A DNA stretch of 64,000 nucleotides from Solirubrobacterales bacterium (GTDB lineage Bacteria; Actinomycetota; Thermoleophilia; Solirubrobacterales; 70-9), in assembly GCA_044464425.1 (NCBI GenBank), contig JBIQLL010000013.1, positions 648 to 64,647 on the forward strand. Reading direction: 5' to 3'. The position numbers and the translations under genes were made by a program. Shown in pieces: positions 7,786 through 16,806 of this stretch; positions within the stretch are counted from its first letter, which is position 1; every line of letters starts with the position of its first letter. Below the pieces are notes generated by a model. The model worked only from the letters and a program-made list of their open reading frames with translations. It was not told the origin of the DNA and ran no database searches.

Positions 7786-10655
7786 GAGGAACCACGAAGC
7801 TGGCGCTATACCTCGCATGCCTGTTCGGAATCTGTCTGGCTTTGCCCGGCGTGGCTAACGCGGGTACTTTCGCGATGAAGCAGTGTCTTGGGTCTGGTCA
7901 GCTCGACTTTCAGGGCTCGTACATGTCAGTCAACGGAAGCGATCTGGTCGACGCGGTCAACGGCTGCACGACTACCGGGCCGGGCAAGATCGGCGTTTAC
8001 CAGGACCGAAGCGGCCAAGACCTTTCCTACGGCGAGGGTGGCCAGTTCCTGTGGAGCGCACCTAGTGGGACCAGGGTGATCGGGACCGAGTTCGCCGCGA
8101 GGCTGAAGGACGCGAACGGAATCCGGGCGGAGCTGATCGGCTCCGACGGAACCCGGGTAACGGAGATCGATGGCGGGGTCGCCCACGATGGGAGCCAGCA
8201 GGTGGGCAGCTGGTCCGGGTCAACGAGGCCGCAATCTTTCATCGCTGCTCGGATCGGGTGCCGGCGGACGAACAAGTGCGAGAACCAGTCCTCTTCGGCT
8301 AAAGCGTTCATGGAAGTGACCGACGTCGAGTTCACGGTCCAGGACACCGCCCCGCCGTCGGCGACAGCGTCGGGAGAGCTGTGGAGCTGGTCCGCGGATT
8401 CGTCGTATCACCACGGCAGCGGCTCGATCTCGGTCAGCGCCTCCGACCGGGGTTCAGGCATCTCGGGCGCCTGGGCCGAGGTAAACGGCCTGCGGGTCAA
8501 CTTCAGCGCGGTGAACTGCCCGGGAGACAAGGGTTCCTACGCGACCCGCTTCACCCCCTGTCCCGCGACGTTCGCCGGCTCGAGAACCCTTGATACGTCG
8601 GTCGCCCCGTTTCAAGAAGGGGTCAACTGGATCAGGGTCTGTGTGAGGGATTACGCGAGCTCCGATGTAGCCGCCAACCGGACCTGCTCTGCCCTGCGGA
8701 AGGTGCTGATCGACAACCAGCCATCGAACCCGCCGGTCAATCTGAGGTCGCACCAGGGCGCCGGCTGGCAGCCGGAGAACGGCTTCGAGCTGAGTTGGGG
8801 GATCCCGGACGGGCAGACCTCGCCGATCACCGGCGCGGTCTACCTGCTTTACGAACTGGAATCCGGAGCGAAGGTCGCCGGCGGCTATTTCCCCGGCAAC
8901 GGGGTCACCTCAGGCGGCCCGATCGAGGTTCCCGAGGTCGGCGCCTACAGAGTGGTGCTCTACCTCGGGGACGGCGCGCTGAACCTCGGCATGCCGGCAG
9001 AAACCATCGTTCGCTTCGATGACCGTCCCCCTGGGAACGTCGATCCGGAGCCGGCCGGTGGCTGGGTCTCGCGTGATGAGCTGCCGCTCGAACAGGAGAT
9101 CGAGCGAGCCGAACCAGGCGGGCCGTCCGGGGTTTCCGGCTACGCCCTGACGGTCTCCGACGGGGGTCCGGACCAACCCTGCGGGGGAGGCATCTGCGCC
9201 GGGCCCGAGATCACGCTGACCGGTGGCGCCGACTTTCGAACCGGCTCGATCGGCGGCCTCGGCGAAGGCAGCCACTGGATCTCGGCCGCTGCGGTATCCG
9301 GAGCGCACAGGTCTTCCGTGGAACCCGGCAGCACGCTGGTCCGGGTCGACCGGACGCCGCCCTCCTCGTCGATCTCCGGGGTGCCGAACGAGTGGGTCAA
9401 CCATCCGGTGACGCTGACCGTCGAGGCGAATGACCGGCTCTCCGGCATGCGGCCCGTAGCCGGCGACGAGGGTGAGCCGGAAACCGTGATCGACGCCGAC
9501 AGTTACGCGACCTATCGAGCGCCGGGACCGATCGCCACCTTCGCGGTTGCCACCGAAGGCGTGAACCGGATCAGGTACTGGGCCGAGGACCTCGCCGGCA
9601 ACGCGAACGACGGGCAGCCGGGATCGGGTGATGAGAGCCACGCCGCCCCGGGGCGGGCGCTAGTCAGGATCGACCTCACGCCGCCCGAGGTCAGGTTCGA
9701 TCCGTCTCGGGACCCGGAGGATCCCGAGGCCGTGCTGGCCGAGGTAGATGACGCCGACTCCGGAGTTGCCTCCGCCTCGATCGGGATCCGCCGCGCTGGG
9801 TCCAAGGCCGATTTCAAGCCTTTGCCGACCACCGGGGATGGAGAGATCTACCGGGCGAGGATCCCCTCGGATGACCTCGCGCACGGCGCCTACGAGCTGG
9901 CCGCCACCGTCAGGGACCGGGCCGGGAACGAAAGCACCGGCAACCAGACCACGAGTGGCCAGCCGATGATCCTCAACCTTCCCCTGAAGCAGCCCACGCG
10001 CCTGAGTGGGATCCTCCGGAAAGGCCGGCGGAGCATCACGACCAGGTACGACTCTCGCCGCTACGCGCAAGGCCGGTTGACCAGTCGCGGCGAGGCCTTG
10101 GCCCACCAGACCGTGCAGGTCGTCGAGAGATTCGCCACTGGTTCGAGAAGAGTCGTCCGTACCCGCGAACGGACGACCGACGGCGACGGGCGCTATCGAC
10201 TTCCTCTCGCCGCCGGTCCGTCTCGCACGATCGAGGTCAGGTTCGGCGGCACCCCGAAAATGTCCCGGGCAGACAGCCCCCGGCTGCGCTTGAACGTGAA
10301 GGGGAAAGTCTCCTTCCGGATCAGGCCGGGCAAGGTGTTCAACGGCGGAACGGTCCTGATGAAGGGAAGAGTCGGCTTCAAGGGCGCCCTGCCGCCGGCC
10401 CGGGGCAAGCTGGTCGCGATCCAGTACCTCGATCCCACCCGGAGCAAATGGCGACCGGTGGAGGTGCTCAGGACCGATCGCCGGGGGCGCTTCCGTTACC
10501 GCTACCGGTTCCGGACCATCAGCTCGGCCCAGCGCATCGTCTTCCGGGCGAGCGCCCTTCAGGAGGCCGGCTGGCCGTACCTGCCCTCGACAGCGAAGCC
10601 CCGATCGGTCATTGTGTACCCGAAGGGACGAACCAACCGGAAGGAGGCCGAATGA
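7782..10655 (+). CDS. Large secreted multi-Ig-like-domain surface protein
   Basis: ATGA overlap with the sigma gene. Signal peptide MRGTTKLALYLACLFGICLALPGVANA. Repeated domain boundaries D(T/R)(A/T)PP with DxxSG(V/I) motifs. C-terminal CarboxypepD_reg-like stretch (TTDGDGRYRL). Confidence 0.75.
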   Translation: MRGTTKLALYLACLFGICLALPGVANAGTFAMKQCLGSGQLDFQGSYMSVNGSDLVDAVNGCTTTGPGKIGVYQDRSGQDLSYGEGGQFLWSAPSGTRVIGTEFAARLKDANGIRAELIGSDGTRVTEIDGGVAHDGSQQVGSWSGSTRPQSFIAARIGCRRTNKCENQSSSAKAFMEVTDVEFTVQDTAPPSATASGELWSWSADSSYHHGSGSISVSASDRGSGISGAWAEVNGLRVNFSAVNCPGDKGSYATRFTPCPATFAGSRTLDTSVAPFQEGVNWIRVCVRDYASSDVAANRTCSALRKVLIDNQPSNPPVNLRSHQGAGWQPENGFELSWGIPDGQTSPITGAVYLLYELESGAKVAGGYFPGNGVTSGGPIEVPEVGAYRVVLYLGDGALNLGMPAETIVRFDDRPPGNVDPEPAGGWVSRDELPLEQEIERAEPGGPSGVSGYALTVSDGGPDQPCGGGICAGPEITLTGGADFRTGSIGGLGEGSHWISAAAVSGAHRSSVEPGSTLVRVDRTPPSSSISGVPNEWVNHPVTLTVEANDRLSGMRPVAGDEGEPETVIDADSYATYRAPGPIATFAVATEGVNRIRYWAEDLAGNANDGQPGSGDESHAAPGRALVRIDLTPPEVRFDPSRDPEDPEAVLAEVDDADSGVASASIGIRRAGSKADFKPLPTTGDGEIYRARIPSDDLAHGAYELAATVRDRAGNESTGNQTTSGQPMILNLPLKQPTRLSGILRKGRRSITTRYDSRRYAQGRLTSRGEALAHQTVQVVERFATGSRRVVRTRERTTDGDGRYRLPLAAGPSRTIEVRFGGTPKMSRADSPRLRLNVKGKVSFRIRPGKVFNGGTVLMKGRVGFKGALPPARGKLVAIQYLDPTRSKWRPVEVLRTDRRGRFRYRYRFRTISSAQRIVFRASALQEAGWPYLPSTAKPRSVIVYPKGRTNRKEAE

Positions 10656-11083
10656 GAGGGATACCACGACCGTCACCGGCGATGGTCGTCGCCCTGATCG
10701 CACTCGTCGTCGCGGTCGGCGGCACCGCAGCCGCGTTGCCCGGAAAGTTCACGGTTGGCCGGGATGATCTGAAAACCTCGTCGGTTGGGGCGAGGGCGCT
10801 CGGCAAGATGCTGGTCGGTTACAGCCAAGTGGTCAAGTCACGGGATCCCGTCGCGGGCGATGGTCATTTCACCGAGACTCGGGGCTCTATCCGGTGTCCT
10901 GCCAAATCTCCCACCGCTCTAGATCCATCGATTGCCAATATGAGCCAGTTCGCTTTTGAACTCCGACGTACTGCGGTTTCAAATCGATTTGGGGCTCCTG
11001 TTGGCTACCAATTCATCGTGAGCGGAGACGAAGGGCCGGAGATTGGCTACACAATGACCGTCAACTGCCTCTTCAAGCGCTGA
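10652..11083 (+). CDS. Small N-terminally membrane-anchored protein
   Basis: ATGA overlap with the upstream gene. MRGIPRPSPAMVVALIALVVAVGGTAAALPGK anchor. The 3' half is visibly more AT-rich. Confidence 0.6.
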   Translation: MRGIPRPSPAMVVALIALVVAVGGTAAALPGKFTVGRDDLKTSSVGARALGKMLVGYSQVVKSRDPVAGDGHFTETRGSIRCPAKSPTALDPSIANMSQFAFELRRTAVSNRFGAPVGYQFIVSGDEGPEIGYTMTVNCLFKR

Positions 11084-11108
11084 TTCTCGAGCTGCCACTC
11101 GTTAAGGA

Positions 11109-11135
11109 CCAACGGCCCCGAGGAGGGGCCGTTGG
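11109..11135 (+). terminator. Perfect 11-bp stem / 5-nt loop hairpin
   Basis: CCAACGGCCCC-GAGGA-GGGGCCGTTGG, 26 nt after the stop at 11083, between convergent genes. Confidence 0.7.
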
Positions 11136-11233
11136 CGAGGGAGGAGAGGTACTACATCGACTGACGAGGTTATGAGGTCAGCCGATCTTCTCCGGGTTGC
11201 CGCTCTCCGTCGGCAGCCGGGCTAAGTGTTGGT

Positions 11234-11857
11234 CTAGACCAGAGCCTGAAGCTGCTCCGTGACCTTGTTGACGAAGTCCTGGGCCTTCTTGCCCTGCTCC
11301 TCGGCGACCTTACTGACATCGGCCTGGGCCTGGTTGGCACGCTTGGTCACTTCGGACACGCGGGCCTCGATCTGCTTGTTGACGTCCTTGTTCGTCGTCT
11401 TGATCGTCTTCTCGAAGCTCTTGCGCTGCTTGCGGACGGTCTTCTCGAGCGAGTTGCGGCGCTTCTTGGCGCGAGTGGTCGCCTTGCGGCGGGTGGTGGT
11501 GCCACGGCGCTCGGCGCGCTTGACGGTCTTGGTCAGGTCGGCGCGGTAGCCCTTGACCTTCTTCTCGGCGGAAGTCTGGTCGGTCCAGTCCTCGATCACC
11601 TCGGAAACCCGGTCGGCCAGGTTGAGGGCGGCGCCCACCGGCACGTCTACGGCCTTCTTCGCGTACTCGACGGCGGTCTCTTCGACCTCTTCGAGGCGGC
11701 TCTTGGCGTTCTCGGCGTCCAGCTGGGCGGCGTGGACGGCCTTCTTGTTGGCCTCGGCGCGGAGCTGGGCAGCGGTCCGCGGCTTCGCGGCCTTCTTAGC
11801 GGCCGGCTTCTTCGCGGTGCTCTTCTTGGCGGTGGTTTTCTTCTTGGTCTCGGCCAT
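11234..11857 (-). CDS. Lys/Ala-rich coiled-coil protein (histone-H1/HbhA/phasin-like composition)
   Basis: ATG at 11857 gives MAETKKKTTAKKSTAKKPAAKKAAKPR followed by long heptad-like helices. It has a long AT-rich upstream region. Confidence 0.7.
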   Translation of the reverse strand: MAETKKKTTAKKSTAKKPAAKKAAKPRTAAQLRAEANKKAVHAAQLDAENAKSRLEEVEETAVEYAKKAVDVPVGAALNLADRVSEVIEDWTDQTSAEKKVKGYRADLTKTVKRAERRGTTTRRKATTRAKKRRNSLEKTVRKQRKSFEKTIKTTNKDVNKQIEARVSEVTKRANQAQADVSKVAEEQGKKAQDFVNKVTEQLQALV

Positions 11858-12120
11858 CGGAATCAGTAAGTCCTTTTCTGTGGAAAGTAGATTACTTACT
11901 TCTAAGGATGTTTGAAGTGTAGCAGTGAAATACGAACACATGTTCTTTTTTCATGTGATCTCCGTCACTGATGAGTTTTCCGCTCCATAGAGCCGAAAAG
12001 AGGCCGTGAACTGGCTGCAAACCACGTTGCAAGCCGCGAATCGGCCTCGAGCGGACGTTCGTGTTCGCCTCGCCTCCGGTCATCCAGAGGCCGGCCGGAG
12101 GATCCTTCAGGGAGGGCTGA

Positions 12121-12969
12121 TCAGCCGATCTGGCGGGCCGCGACGAGCGTGTCCAGGCCCTCGCCGGTGGCGGCGACGGTGATCGGGAAGCGGTTCTCCA
12201 GCGCCAGGTCGACCTGGCCGAGCCCGCCGTCGCCGAGATCGACCAGGGCCCCGGCCTCGCGGGCGATCAGCTGGCCGGCCGCCACATCGACCGATCGAGA
12301 GAGCTGGGGAAAGGTGAGACCGTCGAAGCGGCCCGCCGCGACCGAGACGATCGAGATCGCGAGCGAACCGGTGGTGCGGACCCGGTAGACCTTGCCGGCC
12401 AGCCGGTCGAGCATCGGCGCGAGCCGGACCGGGTCGGCTCCCTCGACCCCGACCACCTCGAGGCCGTCATGCGGCTCGAGCGAGAGGCGCTCCTCGTTCA
12501 GGTACGCGCCCTCACCCGACTGGGCGAGGAACTCCTCGTCCGTCCCGAAGTCGAATACATAGCCGAACTCGACCGCGGCCATGTTCGGCGCCGTGGCGAC
12601 GGCGATCGAGAGGCTGTGGGCGGGAATGGTCCGCTTGAAGTTGAGCGAGCCGTCGATCGGGTCGATCACCACCCAGACCTTGCCGCCCTCGTTGAAGGTG
12701 ACCGTGCCTCGCTCTTCGGAGATCGCGGTGAAGGCCGCGCCGCCACCCTCGGCGAGCTTCTCCAGCTCGGCGAAGACGAGGTCCTCGCATTTGCGGTCGA
12801 GAACCAGGGTGTGGTCGCCGCCCTCGCCGACTCCTTCGTACTCGTCACGCTTCTCGAAAGTGTCGAACTCGGCGAAGAGCTTCTTCTGCTGCTCGACGAT
12901 GCGACGGCAGATCCCCGTCCAGTCGGCGTCAAGCGCGGGATCCGGTGGCAATTGATTCACCCGCGACAT
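12121..12969 (-). CDS. Inositol monophosphatase / FBPase family protein
   Basis: WVVIDPIDGSLNF and the surrounding metal-binding motifs of the IMPase family. Confidence 0.85.
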   Translation of the reverse strand: MSRVNQLPPDPALDADWTGICRRIVEQQKKLFAEFDTFEKRDEYEGVGEGGDHTLVLDRKCEDLVFAELEKLAEGGGAAFTAISEERGTVTFNEGGKVWVVIDPIDGSLNFKRTIPAHSLSIAVATAPNMAAVEFGYVFDFGTDEEFLAQSGEGAYLNEERLSLEPHDGLEVVGVEGADPVRLAPMLDRLAGKVYRVRTTGSLAISIVSVAAGRFDGLTFPQLSRSVDVAAGQLIAREAGALVDLGDGGLGQVDLALENRFPITVAATGEGLDTLVAARQIG

Positions 12970-13012
12970 GGTAGAGACAAGCCCTGATCAGTGGCTCGGG
13001 TAACTTGGAGGG

Positions 13013-16000
13013 GTGAGTGATCCCGTCTCCAGATCCGGTGCCGAGAGCGATCCCGGCCCCGGCAGGGACCGGGTCCGCGAGCATGGATCCGGGGCTCTCC
13101 TGATCCGCGGTGGCGCCGGCACCGGCAAGAGCACGGCGCTGCGCGAACGGGTGGCCCGACTGGCCGAGACCGGGCTCGATCCGTCGCGGATCGCGCTGAT
13201 CGCCTCGACCGACCGCTCGGCCGCCGCCCACCGGGTCCAGCTCGAGAACGACCTGCCCGGACCCTACGAGGCACTTTCCGTGTTCACCTGGGAGGGCCTG
13301 GCCGAAGAGATCCTCCGTCACCGTCCGATCGAGGCCGGCCTCGGGCCCTCCTTCGAGGTGGTCGGTGCCGCCGAGCGGTTGGCCATGCTGCTGGCCCGGG
13401 TCGAGGAGCTGCCGCTGCGTCACCACGAGATCCGGGGCAACCCCGCCGGCCTGCTCCGCGAGCTCCTGATCGGCATCGACCAGGCCAAGCGCAACGGGGA
13501 GGACGGCGGTGAGCTGGCCGAGCTGATCGAGATCCACAACCGGATCCTCGCCGCGGCCGACCTGCTCGATCGCAACGACCTGCCTCGCATCGCCGCCGAG
13601 CTGCTCGCCGACCCGGCGATCGCGAAAGAGACCCTCGTCCGCTTCCCCCACCTGGTGATCGACGAGCTCGAGGATCTCCATCCGGCCCGGGCCGGCCTGC
13701 TGGAGAGGCTGGCGACCGCGGGGCCGGAGAGCATCGTCGCCGCGATCGACCCTTCCCGGGCGATCTACGGTCCCGGAGCCGAAGAGCGATTCCTGGCCGC
13801 AGTTCCGGAGCCGGACTCCTTCACGCTCGACGAGGCCTGGCGGATGAGCGAGCTGCGAATCACCGCGGCCAAGGCCGCCCTGGGAACCGGTCCGCTGCCC
13901 GAGGGGGCCTGGGAGGCGCGCGGCACCGAGGGCTCGGTCCGCTACTGGCGGCCCACCTCGGCCCGGGCCGAGGCCCAGGCGGCGGCCCGAGAAGTCGAGC
14001 ACCAGATCGCCGCCGGCACCCCGCCCGAGGAGCTGGCGATCGCGGTGCCGGACGTGAACTCGCAGGGAGGGGCGATCGTCGGTGCCCTGGCGGAACGCGG
14101 GATTCCCGCGAGGGCCGGGGGCGGCGCGGCGCTGTTCCGCCAGCCCGAGGTCCGCGACACGATCGCCTGGCTCAGGGCGCTCTCCGACCCGACCGACACC
14201 CGGGCGGTCACCCGGGCGCTGATGCGGCCGCCGACCGAGCTTCGCTCGCTGGATCTCGCCCGGCTCACCCAGATCTCGAAACGCCGCAAGCTCGACATGG
14301 TCAGCGCCTGCGAGGCGGCCCTCGGGTCACCGCAGATGGCCCCCGAGGCCCGCCAGCGGATCGAGGCCTTCCTGAATCTCTACCGGGCGGCCTCCGGGGC
14401 AATCGACACCCGGCGACCGGACGCGTACGTGAGGCGATTGATCGAGCGGATCGGCTTCCGGCGGCAGCGGCTCTTCGCCGCCCGGCCCGAAACCGCCGAA
14501 CGGCTGCTCGGACTCTCGCGCCTGGCCGCGATCGCGACCGACTTCTCGCGCCGCGACCCGGACGCCTCGGTGCGCGAGTTCACGGCGTTCCTCGAAGCGC
14601 TGGCCGAAGGGGGGCTCGAACCGGCCGGCGGCCCCGACCTGCCCGGCGCCGGGGCGGTGCCGGTGGTGGGGCTCGACCTGCTGAAGGGTGGCGAGTGGAC
14701 GCGGATCTGGGTGCTGGGGCTGGAACGGCCGTTCGGCATCACCCGCACCCCCGGCCCGGGCATCGGCGAAGGCCCGACCCATCCCGGCGGCCCCGAGACC
14801 GCCCGGGTCGCGGTCGCGACCGCGCTCACCTCGGCCTGGGAAGAGGTGGTGCTCTCGCGGGCCGGTGACGTCGAGCCGGACCCGGTCGCGGCGATCCTCG
14901 AGGCGACCGGCGGCCTGGAGGAGATCCACGAGGAGGAGCTGTTCGGCCCGGCCGAGGATGTCGCGGCGATGTACCGGACGATGCGGGACGAGGTGATCGA
15001 GGCGTCCTGGAAGGCGGGCTCCGAGCTGAACGAACCGCGCCTCGACACGGCGATTGACGTGAACCGGGCGGTCGCCCGCTACCTCGAGCTGCTGAAGCTG
15101 GCCGCGCTCGCCCAGCGCGACGACGGGGCCAGCGACGAAGAGGCGATCGACGCGGTCAACGGCCTGCTCGCCCAGATCGCGACGCCGGAACAGCTGGCTG
15201 AGCTGGACGCATCCACGCTCGATCCTTACCTGCTGGCCGGCGAACGGGAGCGGGGCGCACGCCAGGGCCTGATCGACTCCCGCACCGAGCCTTCGCTCGA
15301 CGCTTTCCTGCCGCGTCGCGGCGATGACCTCCGGCTCTCGGCCACCGACCTCGACATGTACCTGACCTGCCCGCTCAAGTACAAGTTCGCTCGCGTCTTC
15401 GGGATCCCGACCCCGCCGACCGTGAACATGCGCTTCGGGATCGTGATCCACAACGTCCTGCAGCGTTTCCACGAAATGGAGCAGGACGTCGGCCGGCCGG
15501 TTCCCGACGGCGAGGCCCGGCTGATGGGACTGCTCGAAGAGGGCTGGCGCCGGGGCGGCTTCGGCGAGTCCCACGATGAGCTGCAGTTCCTCGACCGGGC
15601 CCGCGACGCGATGCGCGCCTACTGGCGAAGCGAAGAGAGCTCCGAATCCGAGCCGGCCTTCCTGGAGCGGCAGTTCGAGTTCAAGGTCGGCCCGCACTAC
15701 CTGCGCGGCCGGGTCGACCGGGTCGACCGTGCCCCCGACGGCGAGTTCGAGGTGATCGATTACAAGACCGGCCAGCGGATCGACTCCTCCCGCCACGGCG
15801 GCGACATCCAGCTCGCGCTCTACCGGCTCGGCGCCCGCGAGGCCTGGGGCATCGAACCGGGGGCCGGCAGCTACTACTACGTGCTCGAGGGCGAGAAGGT
15901 CGCGGTCGAGTCTTCCCCCGATGACCGCGAACGGGTCGAACGGACCGTGCTCGAGGTCGGCGAAGGGGTGCTCGGCCAGGACTTCGAGCCGCGTCCCTCA

Positions 16001-16057
16001 CCCCAGGTCTGCGGCTGGTGCGACTTCAGGCTGGTCTGCCCGGCCGCCGAGGCCTGA
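13013..16057 (+). CDS. UvrD-like ATPase fused to a C-terminal PD-(D/E)XK (RecB/Cas4-like, Cys-containing) nuclease; AdnA/AddB-like
   Basis: Walker A GGAGTGKST. DExx-like VIDELED. C-terminus has YLTCPLKY, GRVDRVDR...EVIDYKTG and CGWCDFRLVCP. Confidence 0.8.
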   Translation: MSDPVSRSGAESDPGPGRDRVREHGSGALLIRGGAGTGKSTALRERVARLAETGLDPSRIALIASTDRSAAAHRVQLENDLPGPYEALSVFTWEGLAEEILRHRPIEAGLGPSFEVVGAAERLAMLLARVEELPLRHHEIRGNPAGLLRELLIGIDQAKRNGEDGGELAELIEIHNRILAAADLLDRNDLPRIAAELLADPAIAKETLVRFPHLVIDELEDLHPARAGLLERLATAGPESIVAAIDPSRAIYGPGAEERFLAAVPEPDSFTLDEAWRMSELRITAAKAALGTGPLPEGAWEARGTEGSVRYWRPTSARAEAQAAAREVEHQIAAGTPPEELAIAVPDVNSQGGAIVGALAERGIPARAGGGAALFRQPEVRDTIAWLRALSDPTDTRAVTRALMRPPTELRSLDLARLTQISKRRKLDMVSACEAALGSPQMAPEARQRIEAFLNLYRAASGAIDTRRPDAYVRRLIERIGFRRQRLFAARPETAERLLGLSRLAAIATDFSRRDPDASVREFTAFLEALAEGGLEPAGGPDLPGAGAVPVVGLDLLKGGEWTRIWVLGLERPFGITRTPGPGIGEGPTHPGGPETARVAVATALTSAWEEVVLSRAGDVEPDPVAAILEATGGLEEIHEEELFGPAEDVAAMYRTMRDEVIEASWKAGSELNEPRLDTAIDVNRAVARYLELLKLAALAQRDDGASDEEAIDAVNGLLAQIATPEQLAELDASTLDPYLLAGERERGARQGLIDSRTEPSLDAFLPRRGDDLRLSATDLDMYLTCPLKYKFARVFGIPTPPTVNMRFGIVIHNVLQRFHEMEQDVGRPVPDGEARLMGLLEEGWRRGGFGESHDELQFLDRARDAMRAYWRSEESSESEPAFLERQFEFKVGPHYLRGRVDRVDRAPDGEFEVIDYKTGQRIDSSRHGGDIQLALYRLGAREAWGIEPGAGSYYYVLEGEKVAVESSPDDRERVERTVLEVGEGVLGQDFEPRPSPQVCGWCDFRLVCPAAEA

Positions 16058-16134
16058 CCTCGGGTGGATGCAAGTTCACGTCCAAGATCAGTAAAAAGCT
16101 GATAATTGGAGTCCTATTAGGGTTAATCTGATTT

Positions 16135-16806
16135 ATGAGACCCTCGACCGTGGCAACCCTCATCGCGGACTTAGTGGAGTCTCGCTCGGCTCCCGATCGA
16201 CAGGCGCTTCACGCCCGATTGCGCCAATCGCTGGAAAGGGTCCGGTCAGACGATACGTTCGAGTGGCAGCAATATCCCGAGCTGACCGTGGGTGACGAGT
16301 TTCAGGCCGTCTTGCCGGATCTTCGGTCTGCCGTCGCCGCGAGCCTCTGGCTGAGGCTGACCATCCTCAGTGAATGTGGCGTCGACACGCGGTATGGCAT
16401 CGGCTGGGGGCCGATCGAAATTCTGGAGGTCTCGGCGAGCCCGATTCGGCAGGATGGGCCTGGCTGGTGGTCGGCGAGGGAGGCGATCGACGAATCCAAG
16501 CTCATTTCGACTCGGAAGCAGTACTCGTTTCTGAGGACCCGGGTCGCCTCCGAATCTGGTGACGACTCTCGGGGGGGCGAAGTAGCGGCCCTGAATGCTT
16601 ATGCAGCTGTGTGCGACGAGGTAATTGACAGCATGAAGAAGCCCGCTCGCCGGTATCTACTGAGATTTCTGGAAGGGGTGTCGCAGGAGGTCATCGCCAA
16701 GGAAGAGAAAGTGACCCAGTCGAATGTCTCGCAGACCCTGGCGAGCAGCGGGGCGCATGCGATCAAACGGGCTCAGCTCGAACTTTTGAATCGAGTCCGC
16801 TCGTGA
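16135..16806 (+). CDS. SatD-family-like protein (cyclase-homology-like N-domain plus C-terminal HTH)
   Basis: ATLIADLVESR and TVGDEFQAV resemble the two metal-Asp motifs of class III cyclase/SatD proteins. C-terminus GVSQEVIAKEEKVTQSNVSQTL is sigma-r4/HTH-like. Codon usage is less GC3-rich than the neighbours. Confidence 0.6.
   Translation: MRPSTVATLIADLVESRSAPDRQALHARLRQSLERVRSDDTFEWQQYPELTVGDEFQAVLPDLRSAVAASLWLRLTILSECGVDTRYGIGWGPIEILEVSASPIRQDGPGWWSAREAIDESKLISTRKQYSFLRTRVASESGDDSRGGEVAALNAYAAVCDEVIDSMKKPARRYLLRFLEGVSQEVIAKEEKVTQSNVSQTLASSGAHAIKRAQLELLNRVRS

Noticed and set aside
7782-10655. Counting the C-terminus of the 957-aa surface protein as a seventh copy of the K/R-rich module.
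   Set aside because: Its basic C-terminal region (GRLTSRGEALAHQTVQVVER...TTDGDGRYRL, RLRLNVKGKVSFRIRPGK...) looks like CarboxypepD_reg-type sandwiches. It does not align with the KPKK...AGxKF...KSSNR pattern of the other tails.
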